Positions 11,960 through 26,191 of a DNA stretch of 64,000 nucleotides are shown here, piece after piece. How positions within the stretch are numbered: the first letter of the stretch is position 1; every line of letters begins with the position of its first letter. Location: assembly GCA_964016885.1 (NCBI GenBank), contig OZ024750.1, forward strand, positions 15,934,001-15,998,000. The letters run 5' to 3'. The translations under genes and the position numbers were made by a program. Source of the DNA: Eledone cirrhosa (Eukaryota). The notes under the pieces were generated by a model. That model worked only from the letters and a program-made list of their open reading frames with translations. It searched no databases and was not told where the DNA came from.

Positions 11960-12965
11960 TATACTTCAAATACTGGGAAGGTTCTGTAGAAGCAGTAGAC
12001 AGCTTCTGCTACCTGGGTGACCAAATAAGCAGTGGAGGTAGGTGTTCTGAGAATACAGTAGCCAGAGTGAGACTGGGATGGAAGAAGTTCAGGGAGCTAC
12101 TGCCACTTAGCTACAAAAGGCTTTTCCTTCAAAATAAAAAGCAGATTGTATAATGCATGCATACAAACAGAATATTGCATGGTAGTGAGGCTTGGGTGCT
12201 GTGTGCAGAGGACTTGCGAAGATTGGAAAGAAATGAAGCTTGCATGCTTCGATGGATGTTTAATAAAAATATACATGAATGGTAAAGCATAAACGAACTG
12301 AGAGAGAAACTAGGCATAAGAGGAATCGGATGCAGTTGTGCAGGTGAGGAGATTGCCTTGGTATGGACATTTGATGCGTATGAAAGATGACAGCTGCATA
12401 AAAAGGTGCAGAGTGCTCAAAGTTGATGGACGCTATGGAGTAGGAAGACTTGGGATGAGATGGTAAAAGCTGACCTTTCACAATTGCACCTGTCAAAGGC
12501 AATGACAGGATTGAGATCTCTGGTGTTATGCAGTAATAGAGAAGACTCGCCTTCCCATGAACACAGGCTGAAGCATACATATAGTATACACCAACTTCAC
12601 CGCCATGCCTCTTCCATACACCTCCCATGAGCTCTGGCTGAAGCATAGATCTAGTACACACCACCTTCACCTCCATCCTCTTTTCCATACACTTACCATG
12701 TCCTAACACTTCGCCCCTCACACACCTCTTCTGCCAAAGTCCCCAGCCCACACTGTAAAGTGGTCGTGCTGGTGTCATGACAAAAAGCACCCAGTACTCA
12801 GTGTAAATGTGGTTGATGTCATAGGAAGGGCATTCAGCTGTAGAAACTAAGCCAAAATCAGTTCTATATGAGCAAGACATGATCACCTGACCTGGCGTAT
12901 CTCACAACAGGACAACTCGTCTAACCCAGGCTAGTGTGGAAAAATGGACGTTAAATGATGATGAT
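11960..12965 (+). mobile_element. 5'-truncated RTE-clade LINE (RT C-terminus + 3' UTR + (GAT)n tail)
   Basis: Frameshifted peptides VDSFCYLGD, ARVRLGWKKFRELLPL, RLERNEA.MLRWM, LREKLGI, WYGH; ends ...GGACGTTAAATGATGATG. Confidence 0.85.
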
Positions 12966-14139
12966 ATATGCACACCCACACGCACAATATATATATATAC
13001 ACACACACACACACGTATATTCTATGTGTATCAGGTTTTCCTTGTCTGTTGCAAGTTGCAACTAAAAAGGTTGGTGTCAGTAAGGGCATCTAATGCTGGG
13101 GACACAATAAAAATGCATACAATCCACACTAACGTAGTTGGTGATAAAAATGGCATCTAGCCAGAAAAGCTTTGCAAAAAATTATGAAAAGTGCAACTTA
13201 CAATATCATGGAAAGCATTAACCCTTTTAATGTCACCTTTTAGCCACCCCTATTTTACAAGATCAAAGATTTGAGTAGGCTACGAGCATTGGTCCTCTGA
13301 TTTAGACAAAAGCCAAAAAAGAAAACTAAAGTTGCTACAAGAATGAAAATGTTAATATTCTATGAAAGTCACATAGAAACCAAACCTGTTTTAATATTAA
13401 GAAAAGAATGACAGAAACAACATTGAGGTGATTGTTATATTTCTATGTTAAAGATCATCTTAAGTGAGGGACTTGTTTAATTTCTCTCTCTTAAGATGAT
13501 GATTTAAAATTGAAATATAGATCAGTTTTAACAGACAGCACTTAAGTTTGACTTTACATGGAAATATTTGAAAGACAATTTTATTCTTCACATTTTTTGC
13601 CCCACTATCTGGGTCATATTAACCTATGGCCAAAGCCCTTGGTTTTCAGATTTTCAGGCCTTCTCTGGCACTTCAATCTTTTATCCAACCACAGTGAAAA
13701 AAAAAAAAAAAAAAAGGCTTGGTCCTGTGGTGCCCCAAGACTTTCAGGTATTTTGAGTGCCCTCTGTCACTTCACTTCAAAAATATAGGCAGGCCCTAAT
13801 ACCTGTGGGGCCCCTAGGTTCAGCCTAGATTGCTCTATGGATAATATGGCCCTACCAACACCACATTGTGGGGGAAAAGTGTGGGATTGATAAAGAAATT
13901 TAAAAGAAATCGAACGAAAAGGCTGTTTGATAAAAGCTTCAAATGGGAACAATATGAAACCAAGGTCACATGTTCAAAGATATCAACATAGATGTATGCT
14001 CATACCAGTAATTATAGCAGGGCTTATATTTATGCCAAGGTCCCATGTTCACAGATATCGACATGGATGTATGCCCATACCAGTAATTATAACAGGGCTT
14101 ACATCTATATCAAGTAACATGTTCAAAGGTCACAATATA

Positions 14140-14290
14140 ATATATACTAAAAAGTACCAGTGTGTATATAAAGAATATATACACCAACTGTACTGGTGTA
14201 TATAAAGAATATATACACCAACTGTACTGGTGTATATAAAGAATATATACACCAACTGTACTGGTGTATATAAGGAATATATTACACCAA
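14140..14290. repeat. 34-bp tandem repeat with internal hairpin
   Basis: atatacacca-actgtac-tggtgtatat-aaagaat, ~4 units. Confidence 0.85.
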
Positions 14291-16048
14291 ACACCAACAA
14301 GAAGACTGTATCTTCTGCTCCTCAAGTTGTTTCTTCCAATATTTTCAAAAATTAAAACAGTTAGGGTTAATCTGCTCCAACTCACAGACATGTGATATAC
14401 TTTCTAGAATCTACAATCACTCTCGTATATAGCCACACACACACATATATATATATACACATATATATAAATATATATGTATATCAAATACATATACTGT
14501 TATTGGTTTCGGTCATTTGACTGGCCATGCTGGGGCACTGCTTTCAAAGGTGATGCACTTTCATAGAGTTTACTATCTCTTTCCTAAATATATTTTGTTA
14601 TTGGTGCAAGTCATTAGACTGTTGCCATGCTGGAGCACTGATCACAGTACTTATTTTTTCATTCAAAATCTAATATCTATCTTTATTTGTTGAATCATTA
14701 AGATAACAGGACATAAACAAACAGAAACACACACACACTTAAAAATCTTACCCTCAATAGTCAATAATTTAGGGAGCTATGTTTAAAAAAGTCTTACCTC
14801 CAACAGTCATTCATTTAGGGAGCAATGTTTGAAAAATATCTTACCCCTAACAAATGATCACTTTCAACAAACTTAACCCCCAACAACTGAAAGGTAAGAT
14901 ATGGCCCCAAGCCCATCTGGGAGATCAATGACTGATTAAATACTGATTTGGTCTGTGACAACCTGTCCAACTCATGCTAGCATGGAAAATGGATGTTAAA
15001 TGATGATAATATAATCTCTGTCACAATGTTAGAGTTACAGTTATCCATGCTTGCATGAGTTGAATGAGGCCCAGTGCTTATTCCACTTTCATTAGCATTA
15101 AGCAACTGAGAGTACAAGACTAAACTCTGGATAGGACTTCATTTATCGCAGACATAACTCCAACTGAAGCTGGTACTTATTCTCTGTTAAGAGGATTGGA
15201 GCAATATGAAACAAAGTGCCTTTCTGAAGGATACAATGTGTCACCCAGTTTGAGAATCAAACCAATAATATTATGATTGTAAGCCCAACACCCTAACCAC
15301 TAGGCCATACACCTTCACATTTATAATGTATAACATCTATTAATCACTTGTCATTGATATGCATGGATTCAGTGGTTGGAGCTGGCTCAACTTATGTTCA
15401 TTGATGCAAATAATCTATTATTTATTCAATTATCTGCATCTATATTATCAACATCCTCATCACCATTTAATATCCACTTTCCATGGATTAGACAGATTGT
15501 CATGTATTGTGGCTAGACTGGTCAGGTGACCACGTCTTGTTCAGACATCGTTTACAGCTTGGTTTCTATGGCTAGATGCCTGTTCTACAGCATGGATTGA
15601 GAACATTTTATCATGACTCCAGCACTACCATTTTACAGGGTGGAATGGGTGCTTTCCGTCATTAATATACAAGTAGAGTTATTGACCTCTCAGATGGGCC
15701 AGGGTCATGCATTTCCCTCATATACAATCCTGCACTCAACAGAGTGAATTTTATCATGACACCAGGACTAAGGAGGTTGTCATATCTTTGACACAACAGA
15801 AGAGTCCTCTCAACCCTTTGTCTGGCCAGTTTTCTATGGCTGGATGCCCTTCCTATCACCAACTTTATTACTGAGTGTATTGAATGCTGAAAAAAGTATG
15901 AAGCGATTTTCAAAAGAAACATGGGATTACGGAAATGTAAGAAGTGAAACATACATATATAGGAAATGGAGAACTAAATACTGTTGTTCTACCTACAATT
16001 ATTATAACCCCTATCATTTAAATCAAGAATAATGGTCCCTTCACTGAT

Positions 16049-16054
16049 TTTATT
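16049..16054 (-). terminator. Candidate PDE3 polyadenylation signal (AATAAA on minus strand)
   Basis: tttatt on the plus strand at the distal edge of the TE-free region (~16000-17860) that resembles a 3' UTR. Other AATAAA candidates exist (~16407, ~16752). Confidence 0.25.
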
Positions 16055-17860
16055 TCTAAAAGTATCAACAATATTTTAAAATCTGTTTTAAAAGAGACAC
16101 GCCCCACCCACCCACCAAGGGAAGGAATTCCTAAAACAATTCAGCATGCTAAAGATTAAAAGACATTTGTGCCAAAGATGAGGTGACACACACACACACA
16201 CAAGAAATAAAAACTAAAATCATTTTGGAATAATACAAATGTTACAAGAAAACAAAAATAAAATAAAAAAAGATATAAATGATATGGTAGAAATGATGTC
16301 AGGTGATCAGAAATTTAATTACCCCTCTCCCCCCCAAAAAAATTTAAAATTTAAATTAATATACGAGGAAAGGAGACAATTAATTAACCTTACATTATTG
16401 TAACCTTTTATTGAATATTCTTATTTTAAAAAGGATTAATTATACCCAATATATAATTATAGGATTCAAATGTGTGTGTGTGTGTGCGTTAGTATATCTA
16501 AGTTTGTACGCAAATACAAACACACATTTACTTATACATATCTATACATTTCACAAGGTATAGAAATGCATATGTATAAACACACACACATATCTACACC
16601 TTTTATCAGGAAGCATATATATCCACACATGCACACATACACTCATATATATATACACTATATTATGTATCACACATTTATATATATATGTATATATATA
16701 TACTATATTATGTATCACACATTTATATATATATATATATACATATATGCATTTATTCCTCTTTTACAAAGTGTGCACACACAGAAATACTGTTAGCTTC
16801 ACATAATTGCCATTTCTGTAAATGAGAAGTGAATCAATCACAATCCTGGATGGGAAGCTAGTACATCACAGAAAACTCCTCCACCTCTCTCTGGGGCATG
16901 TATGTTGGTTTTAAGACAATGACCATGAAGTTAAAAAAAACCAACAATAAGCCATAAAAAAAAAAAAATCAATAAGGGATATAAATCAATCATTGATCAC
17001 TTTTATAGATTTGATTGATTTCATAATTTAGAATTACACTGAATCATCATCACCATCACCATCATAACCATCATCACTATCACTATTATTATTATGACTA
17101 TTTACATAATTTATCATCACCATTATAACTATCATCACTATGATGATGATGATGATGATAATGATTGCTTACATAATTTATAACTTAGGGAATCACCATC
17201 ACCAGCATCGTCATAACCATCATCACTATTATTATGGCAATAATGATGATTGTTTATATTATGTAGAATGTAAGGAGTCATCATCATAACCATCATCAAT
17301 ATCACTATTATCATTGATTGCTTACATGATATACAATGTGCTGAATTAGCAATCCACCATCACCATCATCACTATTATCATGGTTACCCACAATTCCATG
17401 GTCTTTTTTGTACACATATATATATATATATATATATTTTTTCAATTTTTTTTCTTTTTACTTTCTGTACAAACCATCACTACTTTTCTCTCTTCCTTTT
17501 TAGGGAGTCGTTTCCACACTCCCCACCTCTCACCACTCCTACACGCACACACACACATACAATATATTATACGTACATTCACAGACACACATGCACACAC
17601 ACACACACAATTTCTCTCAATCTTTTCACTATATAGAGTCTATTTAATTTCATCTTAACAACAATAATGATAATAATAATAATAGTAATGATAATAATAA
17701 TAATAATAATAATAATAAAATTATTACTATTATTATTATCATCATCATTATTATCATTATTATTATTGTTATTATTATTACATGTCTTCAAAGATGAAGA
17801 CAGTCGGTTTCCTTTATATATATATTTTGTTGTTTTTATATTTAGAATATCCAGTGATGT

Positions 17861-18211
17861 TTAAGTCTTTGGAGATTGGTGTTGGCGGTGGTGGTGTGCT
17901 GGTTGTGGTGGTGTTAGTTGTGATGGGGCTGGCGGCTGTGTTTGCTGCAGAGAACAGGGCGATGGCAATGAAGCTGTGGTGGTGGTGGTGGTGGTGGTGC
18001 TGGTAGCGGTGGTGTGAGGGGATGGAGATGACTGTGAATGGGGGGTTGTGGTGGTGACCGAGATGGACGATGACGTAGATGATGTAGACGATGATGATGA
18101 CGATGATGATGATGACGACGTTACTGGTGGCGTACTACAGCTTTCACTTTCTTCTTTGATGGCCTCCATCTCACTCTTCAGTTCCGTGCAGTCCAGAGTA
18201 TCAGCTTCCAG
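17861..18211 (-). CDS. PDE3: PDE3 terminal exon (LEADTLDCTELKSEMEAIKEE... S/T-rich tail, stop)
   Basis: ttttccag| acceptor in phase 0 with the previous exon; ME(A/T)IxEE motif; TAA at 17863-17861. Confidence 0.85.
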   Translation of the reverse strand: MEADTLDCTELKSEMEAIKEESESCSTPPVTSSSSSSSSSSSTSSTSSSISVTTTTPHSQSSPSPHTTATSTTTTTTTTASLPSPCSLQQTQPPAPSQLTPPQPAHHHRQHQSPKT

Positions 18212-18507
18212 CTGGAAAATAATACAAATAATAATATTATATACATTATATATATATATATACAAACACACATATATATGTATGCATATTAATAAGTATG
18301 AAGACACAGTTCTACCCATACTTCAATTCATTAAATAATGACTGTTATGTACATTTCAGAGGTATTATCAGTCTATTTTGGGGATTAGTTTAACAGTAAT
18401 TTCTGAGTGTTTGTCTATGGGTTAGGGTAATCAATGGTCTTATTTGCATATATATATACATGCAGAGAGAGAAGTGCAGTGAAAGGGGGAAATTAAAAAT
18501 AACCTAC

Positions 18508-18647
18508 TTCTTCAGCAGTTAAAATTTTATTGAGGCGTTCCTCTTCCTTTATCTTGGCCACCCACATCTCATGGTTCTCCTTCATGTTCTTTGTAAGAAG
18601 GCAGTTGACTTTCCTGGTTTTAGTTTTCTTGGAAGAAGTAACACCTC
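18508..18647 (-). CDS. PDE3: PDE3 exon (GGVTSSKKTKTRKVNCLLTKNMKENHEMWVAKIKEEERLNKILTAEE)
   Basis: gtcag| acceptor, |gtaggt donor, 140 nt, phase 1-0. C..T..L..NH..W final PDE helix. Confidence 0.9.
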
Positions 18648-18974
18648 CTGACAAGACAAGAAACAACAAACATGAAATACAATAACAAAGACAGGCTTTA
18701 GATACTACACTAAATATTGTGAAGAACATTCAACGGAGTCAGCCTCAGTGTATTACAGGTATTTATTCTATTAACTCTAGCAAATAGAAAAACAAAATAT
18801 TGACTAGATGGTGAGATGATGTTGAGGTGTTGACTAGATGTTGACCAAATATTAAGAGGATGTTGACATTATACTGACAAGATGTTGACTTGATATTGAC
18901 AAGAAGATGACCAGATGTTGCTTAAATGCTGAAATGTTGAACAGATACTGACTAGATATAAACAAGATGCTTAC

Positions 18975-19040
18975 CTATATCCTGGTCAGTTTCTTCTTCT
19001 GTGTCTTTACAAATGTCTCCCTTTTCACTGTCAGATAAAT
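18975..19040 (-). CDS. PDE3: PDE3 small acidic exon (DLSDSEKGDICKDTEEETDQDI)
   Basis: ctccag| acceptor, |gtaagc donor, 66 nt, phase 1-1. Position corresponds to the acidic stretch after the PDE3 catalytic core. Confidence 0.8.
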   Translation of the reverse strand: MYLTVKRETFVKTQKKKLTRI

Positions 19041-19478
19041 CTGGAGGAAGAAAGAAAAAACTGAATTAATTATCTGAGGATTTTCATGAAGGAAGTTTGG
19101 ATGTCTATATATTTGTAAAGGTAGAGAATGAATTGGCAGGTATGTTAGAATGTTTGGATAAGTATTTGCAATATTTATTCCAGCTCTTCGCATTCTAAGT
19201 TCAAATTTTGCTGAGATTACATTAGCCTTCCACCCTTCCATGATCAATAAATAAAATACCTGCCCCTGGGGAGGATTTTAATTTGAACAGTGCTCTGAAC
19301 TTTGAGCAGTGTCCTGGGTTGTGAGCTGTACTCTAGAGTAACAGTCCCCTGCCCCTTGGTCTGTAGAGAAATTGTCTCACATGACACCAGTCTGTGGTGC
19401 AAATGTAATAAATATTCAGTTTATTCCACAATTGAAGTGATTCAGTCATTATTTATTTTAAAAAATAAAGAAAATTTA

Positions 19479-19742
<264 letters not shown>

Positions 19743-19829
19743 TTAAAAAGAAATATATATTTTAGAATCAACAATTATCTCTCGGTACTAATTAAAAAAA
19801 TAATTATAATAATGGTTTAATAATAACAA

Positions 19830-20310
19830 TAATGATTTCTTTATTAACCACAAAGGGTTGACAAAAAAAAATACATTAAGGACAGCAAAGGATGGTACAA
19901 TGAACGGTTTCTGCATGTAAAAAAAAAAATTGATGACAAAAAACTTAAAATTAAAACGAAAGAAAAAATTCCCCAATAGCGAGGGAGACCACCGAGGATT
20001 ACTTGTTCAGAGTCCACAAAAAGCCACAGTAACCTTGATTGCTAGGGCAAGTGCCCTTTCCCACTTGTCCTCATCCAATACTACAGGCACATGCTCAGGG
20101 CAGGCTCATTCACATGATCCATTCTCGCCTCTCTCACCCACCTTTCAACAAATTGCTTTGAAGGCAGCACTTCCTTCTAGACCCTGATTTTTCTTTTCAG
20201 GTGAAACCTGAAAAAGTCAATGAGAGCGTCACTGAAGGGGAAAGTGCTTGTCTTCAACTCTTTCAGATGCATCCACCTTACAGCCTCTTTCACCATAGCC
20301 ATATTTAACA
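19830..20310 (-). mobile_element. Probable Tx1/L1-like LINE 3' end inside a PDE3 intron
   Basis: GC-richer insert ending (minus strand) in ...gtggttaataaagaaa. Clade assignment is tentative. Confidence 0.4.
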
Positions 20311-20710
20311 TATGGCATAGAGAATAAAGTGAGATGACAAATAAGAGTTATTAAAATATTTAATTTGTTATATATATATATATATACATATATATAAATA
20401 AATATGCCTCCATCCCCTCCCACTGCAAAGTGGGAGGGGAGATGTCATGACAAAAAAGCACCCAATCCACACTGTAAAGTGGTCGTGTAGGTGCCACAGT
20501 AAATAAAGCACCCAGTACTCACTGTAAATGAGGTTGGTATTGGGAAGGGCATCCAGCTGTAGAAATCAAGCCAAAATCAGTTCCTGTATGAGCAAGATGT
20601 GGTCACCCGACCTGGCATTGCCCACAACAGGACAACCCGTCTAACCCATGCTAGTGTGGAAGAATGAATGCAAAATGGTGATGATGATGATGATGATGAT
20701 GTACACTTAC

Positions 20711-20872
20711 TTGATCATAGAATTCGTCTGATATGCGCCGTGTCCAGTCTATGTGAAGACTTCGTTTCTTGGCAGGTCCGTTAATGTCTGCCAACTTAAT
20801 AACCATCTGCATCACTAACATTCGATCAGGTTCATTGTTCCACTCGATACCAGGAGCATCATCATGGTTTAC
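20711..20872 (-). CDS. PDE3: PDE3 catalytic exon ([11 protein letters not shown]...[11 protein letters not shown]...EFYDQ)
   Basis: ttgcag| acceptor, |gtaagt donor, 162 nt, phase 0-0. Confidence 0.97.
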
Positions 20873-22041
20873 CTGCAAATAAAAGAAGACAGTTGCAGTG
20901 AGAACATGTTTAAGGTTTTTGATAAAATACCACATTTCCTTGTGTATAATATCACCAAAATTTCTGAAAAAAAAAAAAAAAAAATACAACCTTGTGTATA
21001 ATATGACCCCAAAGTACAGCCATAATCTTTGAACATATACAGTAGAAATATTTTAAGTTGCCCTTTTCAAAATAATTTTGGCAATATTTTTCGAGTTGGA
21101 TGCCTTTCCTATCACTAATCACTTTACAGCATGATCTGGGTGAAATTTTTCATGCCACTAGCATGAGAGAGTTTGTCTATGAGGACATATGAGTTTTCAA
21201 CTTTTTGGGGCTAACTAGTACAATGTTATTCATCAAAATCCTGATCTCACAGATATATTTCATTACAATATTCAGATTTTCATGATGTTGAGTAATGTAA
21301 AACAATCGGATGTTCAGCATTATGTACATGATTGTGTAAAAAGTTGCTATCAACACACAGCCATTTTAAAATTTCTGAAAAAGTGTACTTGTGTATAATA
21401 CAACCCTACCGGTTTTTTTCCTTAATTATAATTCAAAATTTCTCGTATTATACATGAAAAATATAGCCTGAAGGTAACATCAAAAGCCAAAACTATTGAA
21501 ATAGAACCCTGGGAACAGCTTGCTCAAAACAGGCCTCCATGGTGCACCCTCATCAACAAAGCTGCAACATTCTTGCAAAAGACAAACATCTGGGCAACAG
21601 AAACCAAACAGGGGCTCTGGCAAAGCCTCTTGGCTGGCATTCCCACTTCAAAGGCAGCCACAGATCACATGCCTTCCATACAGCCACTAATTTAATGCTA
21701 GAATTGGACAGACCAGCCACCTACAGGCATAAAATATAATTGATCACATAGCCTGTAACTTAAGTTTAACACCACCATCTGGTCTTTGGGTGCCTTTAGT
21801 GGAGTCAGAATTCACTCTGTTGTAAACATTTGGGCCAGTTCTCCAATTTGGGGATGACTTATTTCCTTCCTGTCACAAGTCTTGGCAGCTCAATGAAGAA
21901 ATAAAGGATTAATGACATTGTCCTTTCCTCCCTAAGTGGTTAAAAAAAAGGCCTAATTCATGGCCTTCATTGATTACAGATGGACAAACAAAACACACAC
22001 CACACCACATGTAAAAATTAGTACAATTGGTAGATAATTCA

Positions 22042-22290
<249 letters not shown>

Positions 22291-22370
22291 TTAGTTAATA
22301 GTTTAACCCATTTCAGGCCAAACCCACTCCAAACCACATCAATTTTATGATGATTAAACCATTATATATA

Positions 22371-22562
22371 TAATTGTTTCAACTTTTGGCACAAGGCCGA
22401 CAATTATCCCAGTGCATTACTGGTACTTTATTTTATCGACCTCGTAAGGATGAAAGGCAAAGTTAACCTCGGCGGGATTTGATCTCAGACCATAAAGGGC
22501 CGTAACTCTTTGCTGGAAAGCATGGCGTCCGACCCTCTACCGATACTGCCAATCCACCACCA
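22371..22562 (-). mobile_element. tRNA-derived SINE (family A, ~190 bp, Deu/Nin-like central block)
   Basis: Minus strand: TGGCAGTATCGG (A box), family B box GAGTTCAAATCC (gagatcaaatcc in this copy), GCCTTTCATCCTTAC..GGTCGATAAAATAAAGTACCAG. About 15 copies: ~5110-5291, 8820-9040, 9370-9531, 10755-10945, 10960-11140, 33314-33497, 42416-42607, 42625-42840, 45950-46158 (minus); 39155-39320, 47736-47932, 49404-49519, 56903-57088, 61025-61142 (plus). Confidence 0.88.
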
Positions 22563-22660
22563 TTATATTTGTTAGTCTGAAAGAATTATGGGTAATTTGT
22601 AATGTGATTGTATATGAATGTTAAGAGTTAAAAAATATACAATAGCCTACATTCTCTCTT

Positions 22661-22696
<36 letters not shown>

Positions 22697-23289
22697 GAGG
22701 GGGGGGGGGGGGTATCTATGTGTATAAAATTCGTTATTCCATTAAAATCAAATACTTTTTGGAGTTTTAAAAATGAGACAAATAGAAAGCACACTGAAAA
22801 TTATAATAGATCAAATATAAGGCAAGAGTTAGCTCCCTTGATAAACTGAAGAGCTTCACACTCATTTCAACTTCTATCACATCATTTTCTCACCTACTAA
22901 TATAATAGCCTTGTGTATTTGTCCATCACACATTAGAGATGACTGAGGAAGGAAGTGGTGATTACGTCGACTGAGGAAGGAAGGGGTGTCTAATACACAC
23001 TTCTTTGTGATGACTGAGGAAGGGGGGTGGGGAGAACTATAGAAGTCCAACGTTCTAAGATTCGTCACAGCTGTGTGTTTGTATGTTTAAATCACTCGTG
23101 TGAGTGAGCACAAAGGAACCAACAAACAAACATCTCTTTTTTATATTATGTATAGATATTACAATTAGCTGCCAAACACTATTAAAATGGTGAGAAAGTT
23201 AGTTACATTAATAAATCCCTCCAAATTCTTGATAATTTTCAAAATAATGGACAAAATCTTTTATTAGAAATATGATAACAAAAGCATTA

Positions 23290-23754
<465 letters not shown>

Positions 23755-24219
23755 TCACTGTTAGCAAGGGCTGGACAGGTCATCACAAACCAGGCCAGTA
23801 CTTAATAGAAGCTTCTAGCTTCTCAGATGGGCAGGGGTCCCATTTCTTGCTTACATACATTATATATGTATACACATTTATGTATGTAGTAGCTAGAATA
23901 AGAATAGGGTGGAAAAAGTTGAGGGAGCTGCTACCAATTCAAGAATTGCTGGTGAAGAAGAGACTATGGTAGAGACACTTGCCTAAGATATCACATAGAG
24001 GGATTAAACCCATGATCTCACAATTGTGAAACAAACTTCATAACCACTCAGTGGTGACTGCATCCAATAGGGCAAATTACAGTAAGATATTGGAGCTACT
24101 GGTTGTAAAACCTTTCCCCCACTAACACAAGATATACCACTGAGATATCACAGCTACTGGTTCTCAAATCTTCACTTACTAACACAATAAGATATACCAC
24201 AGTGAGATATCACACCTAC

Positions 24220-24345
24220 CCGATTCACTGGAGGAGCCGTGTCGATTAAACAGTTCTGCCGAGCATTGTTGAAAGCCTGGTATGCCTTGTGTTGTTAAAT
24301 AATATACTCCATGTAATACATCGGTAGCATGTACTCGGTTATGGT
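24220..24345 (-). CDS. PDE3: PDE3 catalytic exon ([24 protein letters not shown] + first half of PDE3 insert)
   Basis: ttttcag| acceptor, |gtagg donor, 126 nt, phase 1-1. YHNxxHAxDV metal-binding motif. Absent from the ORF track; translated by hand. Confidence 0.95.
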
Positions 24346-25098
24346 CTGAAAAGACATCAAAGAAAAATATTACACATCAAACAGATATCACTCAACAAAC
24401 AGAGATATCGCACGGATATCACACATCTGTTGACCTATAAATATTTTCATACTTTGTCATGTTATATCGTGTGACTATTCAATGTTTCTGTATTGTCATA
24501 TTATCAGTTGTTAGCCTAGGTCATACATATCTCTCCATGTCTTACTTAACGCTTTAGCATTTGAACTGGCCATATCCGGCCAGAATTCTCTCACCTCTTT
24601 CTGTTCAAACTGGCCATAACCAGCTACTCATATTTATGTTAAGGTATTGTTCTCAAAATCTCATAGCTTCTATATCATGTGAGATAATTAAGTGAGATAA
24701 AGCCTTTACTGTGAAAATATAATAGTAAATACAATAGTATATTATCACTTGATACTTATGAAATCAGAATAAGCTCTAGGCTTCATCCAATCCATGCAAG
24801 CATAGAAAAACAGACATAAAATGATAACCCTAGCTGATTCTACAGTAATTGAAATAATATTTGATTATAATGACATATCATTGTTTTTGTGTTGACTTTT
24901 CCATTCTGGCATGGGTTGGACAAAACATTTTAGAGCAAAGTTTTACAACCAGATGCCCTTCTTGACATCAACCCTTTTAGTCTCTTCTTAAGACATGCCC
25001 TAGTGTAACTATTCAAAACTGGATTCACACATACAATGAGTTAAAAGATAATAAAAACAGAACAACACAGAATAGAATAAAGACATAGATGGACTTAC

Positions 25099-25210
25099 AT
25101 GGTTTATTCCGATATCCTAGTTCTAAAGCATGGAAGTAACAGATAAACTCTTTTAGAGGGATGCGGAATGTTTCAAAAAGACCCACTTCCATAAAAAGTT
25201 TGTAAGCCAC
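25099..25210 (-). CDS. PDE3: PDE3 catalytic exon ([18 protein letters not shown]...LELGYRNKP)
   Basis: ttttag| acceptor, |gtaagt donor, 112 nt, phase 0-1. Confidence 0.95.
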
Positions 25211-25951
25211 CTAAAAAGGAAGAATAAAACAGGTTAGATAATCATCATCATCATTTAACTGATGTTTCATAGAAAGCAAGAAGAACTAACTACTGTTGAA
25301 ATATGTTAATGGTAACTAGACATTCAAGATAGTAAATATGGCAGTAAATATTTAGTGTGATAGAAAACCAGTTAAACAAAACAAAAACTGCAAAATAAAA
25401 TTTAACTCTTACATTGCTATATTTCTAAGGAAATACTTTGTATTTTAATTAATTAATGAAGAATTTGGGAAGGAAGATTTACTAGAAATATTTCATTAAT
25501 ACCATCTTATTAAAAGATCATGATAACATGGTATTCATAACATAAAATATTTTTATAAGATAGTAATTTAACATACTAGGATTTTTTTCAACATGCTGAT
25601 GCGTATGTGTATATGTGTGTGTATATGTGCATACATTTATATGTATGAGTATGAGTATATAAATATAAATGCGCAAACACAAAAATACACTCACACACAA
25701 CATAGCAAAGAGAACACCAGCCACTGTTTTGCTATAGTTTTTCCACCATCCCCTTCCTTCCTTTTACACACACATTGTGTGATGGACGGATGGAAGTTGC
25801 GCAAATTTATATATATATATGGTTCTTATATAAAATTATACTGAAAGATTTTAATTTATATAGAAATCCTTTAAATTAGATGGTTTTGTTTTAGAGAAGT
25901 AGAGTTGGTATAAAAAGGGGTTGTAACAAACCCACCAGACAATAAACTCAC

Positions 25952-26191
25952 CTGACTGAGAATAAACTTTCCAGAACGTGCCGCAAGATCAAATATTTCA
26001 TAGTCCCATTCATTTAACTTGTCTATACTAAGTTCTTGACAATTATCCACATCTTCAATGTTATAAGGGATCTCTATAATATCTGGAGGTTTCTTCAGAA
26101 TGAAATCTAGTCGGGATTCTGTCGATTCACTTTCTTTCTTTTCTTCCTCTTCTACACCTTCATTTGCCTCAACCTTCTTTGAATGTTCAAT
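25952..26191 (-). CDS. PDE3: PDE3 exon (linker and start of catalytic domain: ...KLNEWDYEIFDL...FILSQ)
   Basis: tttcag| acceptor, |gtgagt donor, 240 nt, phase 0-0. W-x-Y/F-x-IFDL and ILSQ PDE3 motifs. Confidence 0.92.

Noticed and set aside
14140-14290. Palindromic 34-bp repeats resembling CRISPR repeats
   Set aside because: No unique spacers; simple tandem minisatellite.
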